A stretch of DNA of 32,000 nt from assembly GCA_963931495.1 (NCBI GenBank), contig OZ007020.1, positions 660,001 to 692,000 on the forward strand. The letters are read 5' to 3'. Of the stretch, positions 26,101 through 32,000 are shown piece by piece. The position numbers were made by a program, and so were the translations under genes. Position 1 is the first letter of the stretch, and each line of letters begins with the position of its first letter. Source of the DNA: an uncultured Alphaproteobacteria bacterium. GTDB taxonomy: Bacteria; Pseudomonadota; Alphaproteobacteria; Rs-D84. A model generated the notes under the pieces. That model was not told the origin of the DNA. It saw only the letters and a list, made by a program, of their open reading frames with translations, and did no database searches.

Positions 26101-29100
26101 GTTCCCCAGGAACACGCGTGGTTAATCCCAATGAACCATGTACAGTGCCGTCTGACAACACGTGGTATACACCAAATGAACATGTTGTTTCACAAACCAA
26201 GGTCAGTCCATATGAAACATGTCCGGGTGGTTATACAACGCGTGGAACAAATGCGACATCGCACGACCAGAAAACAGACTGTCAAATCAATTGTGCAGCC
26301 GGTACCCAGGTGGCCAGCCCTGATGCCCGATGCACAACACCAAATGAAGAAAACTGGTATACAGATCCGCATATTGTACGCGCAACAAAAACAACTGAAG
26401 ACGAAGGATTTCTGTTTGCGTGCTTGTCGGCAAATGGATATGTAAACGATGGCACGGTTGCGTCAAATCACGCAACAATCCGTTCGTGCATCGTAACGTG
26501 TCCAGACACAACATATGTCGCCGAATCAGAAGGCAAATGTATAACCATCGGAACTGGTTATTATCGCGCAGAACATACCGTGCGGCAAACAGAAACCAGT
26601 GAAAGCGAAGGCACTCCGCGTAATTTATGTCCCGGCCGGTATACTGACGGTGAACCAGTGGCCATAGAAGATGACTGTATCAGTTTCTGTGTCAGCAGTG
26701 ACGTAGACAATTCTACGTCTGTATCGGGCGAAATAAACTATGCATGGGCAAAATATGGTATTGATGATGAACGCACAATATTTACATGCCAGGCGACGTC
26801 TTGTTTGGCCGACTATTACCTGTTGGCTGGCAACAAAGGCAGTCCGAATGGATTGGCATCGTGTCCGGCGTGCGTCAGATACGGCACATGCGCCGGTGGT
26901 ACAGATTGGTTCGTGTGTAACCATGGGTATCACTATTCCGACGAAAATTATGACGTTGATACGATATGCGATCCCGATCCGTATGAAATCGTACTGAACA
27001 AAAACGGCGGATCTGGTATGGTGAATGGTGTTGACGACGCAGCAAATGCAACACAAATCTGTTACCATGGCGTTGTTTGCGATTTGCCGCCACGCAACAG
27101 TACGGAATTCCTGTTTGACCTTACCCGTGGTGATTCTTGGGGCTTTACCGGATGGGGGTATTCACCAACGTGTGACACCGGATTCTTCCAGGCATCTGTT
27201 AACGCACCGGGAACTTTGTACGCGTGCTGGATGCGCCATACGGTACAATGCGAAATTGGTGAATTCTATAATGCCGGCAAGTTTGAAGAATGTCCGTCTG
27301 GATATTACTGTACAGGCGACGGGTCATCACCGGTGGATGAAATTGGGTGCCGTACAATCTGTCCGGCGGGGGCATCTGGGTCTGATTTGGGTGCAACAGA
27401 TAACAAACAATGTTACTATACATGCCCAGACAAACTGTTGACCGGCGGTACCGCAACAAAGAACGAACAACATGTGTACTATGACGGCGCAATGTATCCA
27501 AAGTGTACGTACAACGTAACATGCGATGCGGGGTATGTCGCATATGGCGGTGGTACAGATGCCGCAACATGCTTGAAATGTGCCGATGGGCAATATTGCC
27601 CGGGTGGCAATGACCCAAGCGCCGTTGAAGAATGTCCCCCGGGTTCGTACTGTCCGGATGGCGTGATTCATGAATGTCCAAATGGCGGTCTGTCGGCCCA
27701 AGGTGCCAAGTATATAACAGACTGTTACAAAACAGGATTGGCGTATGTCGCAACGCATGGCGAAGGTACCCAGACATGCTATTACGATGATTCGCTGGGG
27801 ACATACAGTGCGAACTGTACAAACAAGATAATCAATATCTGTGACGCAGGTTATTGGTTGAAAACAGCATTGGTCACCAATCCAGACTGTGACCCGGTTG
27901 AAGTTGGGTATTACAGCGAAGGCACTGGTATAACACGCGAACAGTGCCCGGCATCTGGACTGACGGATGACAGAACATCAACAAAAATCCAAGACTGTTA
28001 CCAAAATGGCGTACGGTACATCGCCCAACATGGCGAAGGAACCCAGCGGTGTTATTACACCAGTGGGGCCGGAACCGGCGCGGTATACAGCAGCAACTGT
28101 GACACCAAAAAGATAGATGAATGTGATGGTGGTTACTGGCTGGTGGATGTTGATGATATTGAATGTTCTGCGGTGGACAAGAACTATTACAGTAACGAAG
28201 GCGAACTGGAACGGCATGCGTGTCCGGCCGATGGACTGACCGGGACAACGACCGCGGTTACAGTGTCCGAATGCTATAAAGAACACCTGCCCTATCCAGA
28301 TGCAGAACATGGCGAAGCGTATTACACATGTTCGCACACCAGTGGACTGGATGTGAATGCGGTATACGATACAAAATGTGGTGCACCAACGTTTACAAAG
28401 TGTGATGGCGGATACTACTTTGATGTATCGGCGCGGGTAAATGACTGTATAAAGGTTGGATACGGTTATTACAGTGTTGAAGATGACCTGGATCGTGATC
28501 CGTGCCCACGTGAAGGTAAAACACTGACCGAAATCAGCGCGTCCGTCACACAATGCTATCGCGAAGATATGTATTGCCCAATCATATGGAATGGCGAACA
28601 GACTGGTGATGGATATCAAACATGTAACTATGACGAAGAAGACGCGGAATATACCGGTTTCTGTCAGACGTGCTATGTGCAAGAATGTGACGAAACATAT
28701 GCACAATATGGCGATACTATGTGCATTATGTGTCCGGAAAATCACGTGTGTCATGATAAAATCCAGGAAACATGTTCTGCAATGACGGGTGGTAAATACG
28801 AATTCTCGGACATTGGAACGATGGATGTCGCAATGTGTTATAAAACATGTGATGTTGATATCGCAGGGCATGCCGCCGCAATGACTGGTCGTGACTATTA
28901 CGATTATCCAGATACGTGCGAAATTATCCGCTGTCAACCTGGATACACACTGCAAGACGGCGTATGTGAACCATGCCCAGCCGGCAGTTACTGTGACGGA
29001 ACAGTGACGCCAATCTTGCCGGGCGATGATATCAAGTCTTGTGCAGATTTGCCGGGCGATGGCGAATGGAAGTATTCTGACGAAGGTTCAGATGATCCAA

Positions 29101-29915
29101 CAGACTGCTATCGCATGTGTGAAGACTATGAAATAGAATATGGTACAGCGATATGCATCAACGATACTGAACAATATCCAACAGCGTGTCAGTATCGCGG
29201 TGAATCAATAACCGGAAATCCATGTCTGATTATTGATGGCAGATGTGTTGAAAGCGCGTGCGAATATGACTATGAAATGAAAAATGGCATTTGTGTACCA
29301 TGTAACCGCGAACACGCAATGGGATATCTGCCAACAGGGAACTGTCTGGTGGCATCGTGCGAAAAAGGTTATCACCCCAATGGGCAACAGTGCGAATCTG
29401 ATATCAAAGAATGCACGGTTGCTGGGACGCACGCACTGTACGCAGAACAAACATGGGATTATGCATTGAAGGCATTCGGACGCTGTGTAATCAAAGAATG
29501 CGAACCAGGATATCATCTGGAATCTAATGCATGTATAACAAATACATCTGCGTGCAAGGTTGAAAACGGTATCGGCGAACGTCAATGGGATGCAGAAAAT
29601 AACAAATGGGGCGAATGTATCGCAACATCTTGCAACCCAGGATATACCAGCAACCCAGACGAAATGTTTGAACATAACAAGCAATGCGGTGAATGTAAGA
29701 ACAAGTACAGTATATTGGGTGAAATCGCCGCCAGCAGTTATGTCAAAGAATGCGAAATCGCATCGTGTATGTATCAAGGCGAACTGTATGCGTTGCAGGA
29801 TAATGAATGTGTACCAATATGTCCATCAGAACCATATATTGATGAAACAGGTTCTGTACAACGAATTGGTAACAAGTGTGTGACAACGTGTCAACCGGGA
29901 TACATACCATGGTAA
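23178..29915 (+). CDS. Giant secreted Cys-rich repeat protein (2,245 aa) with ephrin-receptor-like/furin-like/VSP-like CxxC repeats and one Flg_new-like domain
   Basis: An AGAGGGAAAG RBS precedes ATG 23178. The signal peptide is MGKKRCFLKFFTLFVGVFVAGNAMA/AYD. About 10% of residues are Cys, and there are several internal repeat families. A perfect 22-nt palindromic terminator follows the stop. Confidence 0.85.
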   Translation: MGKKRCFLKFFTLFVGVFVAGNAMAAYDCPNVRKYTSCNSGYYMTGGVTTGNDCLSCTSVSATDLSAACDRDPTSTELSNAHAASGTISDASKACTGNHTGGAGGTNGSSACTGCSSYGDCTGGKLTISTCAADYYHDADTNKCLACSDLGYTSSASGNTGGADVCYKSCSKSCTQSCTISGAASCTYGTKTTSGTQYYGGDCDAEAPGNCPINSWSCKTDYYHTTSGCSACTGVSANGDILETTEITNGKRVETCTGNHTGGAGGTDDSSACTGCSASVISCECDTGYHSEGDGAACTCVRDCSTSKACSDDFAGYSGTYNECTQNQETECYKSCSVACSGNATCPSNATCTYDTTKTYSGTQYYGGSCDATAGTCPVESVTCNAGYYKNPGGTCSKCGGNQYYCPGDNKRYGVSSGYYSTGGDSTTRTGQAQCGGNEYYCVSGVRYNVSSGYYSTGGTETTRTGQAECTSGTYCVSGEKYSCSSLSGGAKPTGGEYSSAAKSTASTACKYKAPNPSVPTNCSSIDSNTITYTGSAWPTVTYSVTAKAGARISQNNVASPTCSLCAAGTYQQNNNSTATSCRVCSGNTYAQKTGAESCASCPSGYTITGTAASNHDNKNDCKITCSAGTVVATADKTCSTPSGSWYSSQHTVSAGSTSGSNKASCVSGYATPSTTTKTDHDSYTDCRITCSAGTQVAAANAKCTTPNTNNWYTNSHTVTQGSTSGSNVKACDTADGYVNSGSTTANHAGSASCKVTCANGTYVKTANAACEAVGSGYYRESHVVAYGSTSTRNQCNTGYGNSPAGAYRPQDCYMNVSGGYFVEDAGDATATKCDAGYARAAHTVNYGSVSSCNICKGATWSHAGAATCSNCPTGYTYNTTSGKTDNTQCQISVPGGKYVGTVGAQGSTLGTCVAGTSKATHIVNYGSLSSCPVCGTNQYSDAGAAKCIACDSDYANSGTSASSHAGVTSCKVTCSPGTRVVNPNEPCTVPSDNTWYTPNEHVVSQTKVSPYETCPGGYTTRGTNATSHDQKTDCQINCAAGTQVASPDARCTTPNEENWYTDPHIVRATKTTEDEGFLFACLSANGYVNDGTVASNHATIRSCIVTCPDTTYVAESEGKCITIGTGYYRAEHTVRQTETSESEGTPRNLCPGRYTDGEPVAIEDDCISFCVSSDVDNSTSVSGEINYAWAKYGIDDERTIFTCQATSCLADYYLLAGNKGSPNGLASCPACVRYGTCAGGTDWFVCNHGYHYSDENYDVDTICDPDPYEIVLNKNGGSGMVNGVDDAANATQICYHGVVCDLPPRNSTEFLFDLTRGDSWGFTGWGYSPTCDTGFFQASVNAPGTLYACWMRHTVQCEIGEFYNAGKFEECPSGYYCTGDGSSPVDEIGCRTICPAGASGSDLGATDNKQCYYTCPDKLLTGGTATKNEQHVYYDGAMYPKCTYNVTCDAGYVAYGGGTDAATCLKCADGQYCPGGNDPSAVEECPPGSYCPDGVIHECPNGGLSAQGAKYITDCYKTGLAYVATHGEGTQTCYYDDSLGTYSANCTNKIINICDAGYWLKTALVTNPDCDPVEVGYYSEGTGITREQCPASGLTDDRTSTKIQDCYQNGVRYIAQHGEGTQRCYYTSGAGTGAVYSSNCDTKKIDECDGGYWLVDVDDIECSAVDKNYYSNEGELERHACPADGLTGTTTAVTVSECYKEHLPYPDAEHGEAYYTCSHTSGLDVNAVYDTKCGAPTFTKCDGGYYFDVSARVNDCIKVGYGYYSVEDDLDRDPCPREGKTLTEISASVTQCYREDMYCPIIWNGEQTGDGYQTCNYDEEDAEYTGFCQTCYVQECDETYAQYGDTMCIMCPENHVCHDKIQETCSAMTGGKYEFSDIGTMDVAMCYKTCDVDIAGHAAAMTGRDYYDYPDTCEIIRCQPGYTLQDGVCEPCPAGSYCDGTVTPILPGDDIKSCADLPGDGEWKYSDEGSDDPTDCYRMCEDYEIEYGTAICINDTEQYPTACQYRGESITGNPCLIIDGRCVESACEYDYEMKNGICVPCNREHAMGYLPTGNCLVASCEKGYHPNGQQCESDIKECTVAGTHALYAEQTWDYALKAFGRCVIKECEPGYHLESNACITNTSACKVENGIGERQWDAENNKWGECIATSCNPGYTSNPDEMFEHNKQCGECKNKYSILGEIAASSYVKECEIASCMYQGELYALQDNECVPICPSEPYIDETGSVQRIGNKCVTTCQPGYIPW
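24372..24629 (+). repeat. Tandem in-frame repeat of roughly 105-108 bp (about 2.4 units) inside the giant gene
   Basis: CGGNQYYCPGDNKRYGVSSGYYSTGGDSTTRTGQAQ is followed by CGGNEYYCVSGVRYNVSSGYYSTGGTETTRTGQAE and then CTSGTYCVSGEKYSC. The DNA shares identical blocks, for example GTGTCATCTGGGTATTATTCAAC at 24420 and 24525. Confidence 0.75.
26982..27230 (+). other. Segment of the giant gene encoding a Listeria-Bacteroides repeat (Flg_new)-like domain
   Basis: YEIVLNKNGGSGMVNG...ICYHGVVCDLPP...GFTGWGYSP...GTLYACW fits the Y-x-V-x-F-x-x-NGG ... GY-x-F-x-GW ... LYA-x-W signature. Confidence 0.6.
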
Positions 29916-29918
29916 TGT

Positions 29919-29946
29919 AATCCGCCCATATGGGCGGATTATTTAT
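29919..29946 (+). terminator. Intrinsic terminator of the giant gene
   Basis: A perfect palindrome AATCCGCCCATATGGGCGGATT (29919-29940) is followed by ATTTAT. Confidence 0.85.
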
Positions 29947-30017
29947 GAAAACAAACCTGTCATTTAATATGCAAAAAAATTATAAAATGCTTGTTGTAAA
30001 TAACAAGGGGTTTAAGA

Positions 30018-30932
30018 ATGCAAGAAATTATATTCATCGCATCTGATGGCCAAAAGTTGGTATGCACCATGTGGGACAAGGTTAAACGGCCAATTGGGGT
30101 TGTGCAAATTATACATGGTATGGACGAACATGTTCGCAGATATGCACGATTTGCAAAATTCTTGAACAGCCATGGGTACATCGTGTTCGGTGATGATCAC
30201 CGCGCGCATGGAAAAACCGCTGAACATCCATCAAAAATTGGTCAACCAAACGGGGCATACGATTTATTCGCGCAAACCGCCCAAGACGAAATGGAAATTG
30301 CAAAATACTTAAAACAAAAATACAAAAAATTACCGCTGATGCTGTTCGGGCACAGTTATGGCAGTTTTATTACACAAAAAATTATGGAAAATCCTGATTT
30401 ATGCGCCGCCGGTGTATGTTTGTCTGGGTCGGCAAAATACCCCGCCGCACTGGTGATGATTGCACGCGCCATGGCATTTGTTGGTATGCGATTATTTGGT
30501 CCAGATGCCCCAGCCAGATTTTTAGAATTAATGTCCCCTATTCGCGGCAAACGCAAGGGAACCAGCAAACTGACGCGCGATGCAAAACAGGCTGCGAAAC
30601 ACGACGCGGACCCATTACGTGCAAAATATTTTTCATATGGTTTTTATTATTCTTTGTTCAAAAACTTATCAAAATTAACCGGAAACATTAATCCGCAAAT
30701 GCCGTTGTTAATAATCAGTGGCAGCCAAGATTTAGTCAGTTTTAACAGCCGATTTGCCACAAAATTGTACAGCATGTATAAATCACATAATATGAATAAC
30801 CTGACGCTGATTATATATCCAAATGCACGACATGAACTGTTGATGGAAATAAACTATGCCCAGGTTCAAAATGATATATTAAAGTTCTTTAATTCTGTGG
30901 CACGCAAACGTCCGCAAATGAAACAGAAATAA
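30018..30932 (+). CDS. Alpha/beta hydrolase (lysophospholipase / monoacylglycerol-lipase-like)
   Basis: The nucleophile elbow GHSYGS, HGMDEH near the N-terminus and a C-terminal His region (NARHELL) are present. The RBS is AAGGGG. Confidence 0.8.
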   Translation: MQEIIFIASDGQKLVCTMWDKVKRPIGVVQIIHGMDEHVRRYARFAKFLNSHGYIVFGDDHRAHGKTAEHPSKIGQPNGAYDLFAQTAQDEMEIAKYLKQKYKKLPLMLFGHSYGSFITQKIMENPDLCAAGVCLSGSAKYPAALVMIARAMAFVGMRLFGPDAPARFLELMSPIRGKRKGTSKLTRDAKQAAKHDADPLRAKYFSYGFYYSLFKNLSKLTGNINPQMPLLIISGSQDLVSFNSRFATKLYSMYKSHNMNNLTLIIYPNARHELLMEINYAQVQNDILKFFNSVARKRPQMKQK

Positions 30933-31368
30933 TTTTTGCCAAATCTGATACAGCAACCTGTACCTGGTATCCGATGCGACCGGCACTGAATATAATCGTA
31001 TCAAAGTTTTGGGCGGATGAATCAATAACCGTTGTAAAAAACTTTTTCATGCCAATCGGACTGCATCCGCCATGCACGTATCCTGTTAATCCCAACAATT
31101 CGCGTGATTTTAACATATCAATTGACTTTTCACCAACCGCGGTGGCGGCGCGCTTTAAGTCCAGTTCCATACACACAGGCAACATAAAAACATAGTTACG
31201 ACCAGAACGCGCAACAGTTACCAATGTCTTGAAAACCTGGGCCGGATTCTGCCCCAGTGCGGCGGCAACTTCGCCACCGTTTATTGCCCCTGTGCCAACA
31301 TATGAATACGATTTATATGGCACGCGATGCGCATCAAGAATTCGCATAACATTCGTTTTTGTTTCCAT
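30889..31368 (-). CDS. ybaK: Cys-tRNA(Pro)/Cys-tRNA(Cys) deacylase YbaK/EbsC
   Basis: 159 aa from ATG 31368 (METKTNVMRILD...), with the motifs KTLV and HGGCSPIG. The ORF-track N-terminal extension is rejected. Confidence 0.85.
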   Translation of the reverse strand: METKTNVMRILDAHRVPYKSYSYVGTGAINGGEVAAALGQNPAQVFKTLVTVARSGRNYVFMLPVCMELDLKRAATAVGEKSIDMLKSRELLGLTGYVHGGCSPIGMKKFFTTVIDSSAQNFDTIIFSAGRIGYQVQVAVSDLAKIISVSFADVCVPQN

Positions 31369-31440
31369 AATATGACAGTATATAAAACACTTTATCACAC
31401 GTCAATCTTTGGATTATAATTTATATAACAAGGATACAAA

Positions 31441-31836
31441 ATGACAAATCAAAAATCATACCGTAACAAAATTATTGAATATGCCAACAAAACGTATGGC
31501 ACATCACCAGAATATTTATGGCGTGAACACCCGGGATATGCCGTGCTGCGTCGTGACGATAATAAAAAATGGTATGGAATTATTATGAACATTCCACGCA
31601 ATCGTATCGGAATGCCCAGCAGTGATATTATTGACGTATTAAATGTAAAATGCGATCCGGCATTATATGATTTTCTGTGTGGCGATGGCGGTTTTCGGCG
31701 CGGATATCATATGGGCGGAACGTGGATTTCAATTGTACTGGATGGATCGGTATCAATGCAACAGATTATCCCGCTGATTAACCGCAGTTATGAACTGGTC
31801 GCCAACAAAATTCCCCGGGCAAAGCGCAAAATATAG
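31441..31836 (+). CDS. MmcQ/YjbR-family protein
   Basis: The YGTSPEYLWREHPGYAVLRRDDNKKWYGIIMNIPRN...LNVKCDP pattern is typical of the MmcQ/YjbR family. Confidence 0.75.
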   Translation: MTNQKSYRNKIIEYANKTYGTSPEYLWREHPGYAVLRRDDNKKWYGIIMNIPRNRIGMPSSDIIDVLNVKCDPALYDFLCGDGGFRRGYHMGGTWISIVLDGSVSMQQIIPLINRSYELVANKIPRAKRKI

Positions 31837-32000
31837 ATATCACGCACGCGACGCGCCGGCGCCAAACGTCGGCACAGGACGACTGTAAACACGGATATTA
31901 TTGAATACAAAATATACTTTTTTATTGTCGCGAATTCGTGTTTTGTATACTGGTTGAATCACCGAATAAAATGCGCGCACTAAACGATACCACGGATTGT

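Noticed and set aside
23713-28955. Long minus-strand ORFs inside the giant gene, for example 27978-28955 (325 aa), 24016-24804 (262 aa), 27199-27822 (207 aa) and 29205-29777 (190 aa).
   Set aside because: They are fully embedded antisense to a well-supported 2,245-aa ORF. Their products are low-complexity (His/Cys/Arg/Thr-rich) with no motifs. Biased codon composition of the sense gene suppresses antisense stop codons, so these are shadow ORFs.
31841-31882. A G+C-rich patch with the palindrome GCGCCGGCGC and flanking CGACG/CGTCG, located after the MmcQ/YjbR gene.
   Set aside because: It could be a terminator or protein-binding hairpin between convergent genes. However, it has no U-tract and no repeat elsewhere in the window, so it cannot be supported.
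31922-31999. A possible 3' end of a minus-strand gene entering from beyond the window (…SVVSFSARILFGDSTSIQNTNSRQ-stop).
   Set aside because: Only 25 codons are visible, which is too short to identify or to distinguish from chance.

Overview
Bacterial chromosomal window, moderately AT-rich. It probably comes from an alphaproteobacterium-like lineage, judging by a circularly permuted two-piece tmRNA with an (A)ANDN... tag and an alpha-type XRE regulator. Housekeeping content: prfB (5'-partial, with its programmed +1 frameshift at 47-53, which the ORF track misses), obg, ssrA, a Lon homolog that stops before the protease domain, tsaB-rimI, dnaE-rsmH, gpmI, ybaK, rubrerythrin, and two tRNAs (Arg-CCG and a CAT-anticodon Met/Ile2). 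Three things stand out. (1) A 419-bp transcription unit occurs twice (2257-2675 and 10902-11320). Each copy has a promoter, a roughly 150-nt structured leader whose helices form a 1:2 / 2:3 / 3:4 attenuator-like topology ending in an intrinsic terminator, and a 76-aa XRE HTH protein. Each copy sits tail-to-tail against a tRNA terminator. Half of all differences between the copies fall in one 17-nt hairpin patch. (2) A 54-bp duplication of the tRNA-Arg 3' end plus terminator looks like an att-site scar. (3) Three signal-peptide-bearing, cysteine-rich proteins are present (16981-19548, 19553-20980 and a 2,245-aa giant at 23178-29915). The giant's CxxC/G-T-Y repeats resemble eukaryotic ephrin-receptor-like, furin-like or VSP-type modules, and it carries one Listeria-Bacteroides (Flg_new)-like domain. 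I saw no CRISPR array, IS element, integrase or recognisable defence operon. All family assignments are by eye from motifs, with no database search run.
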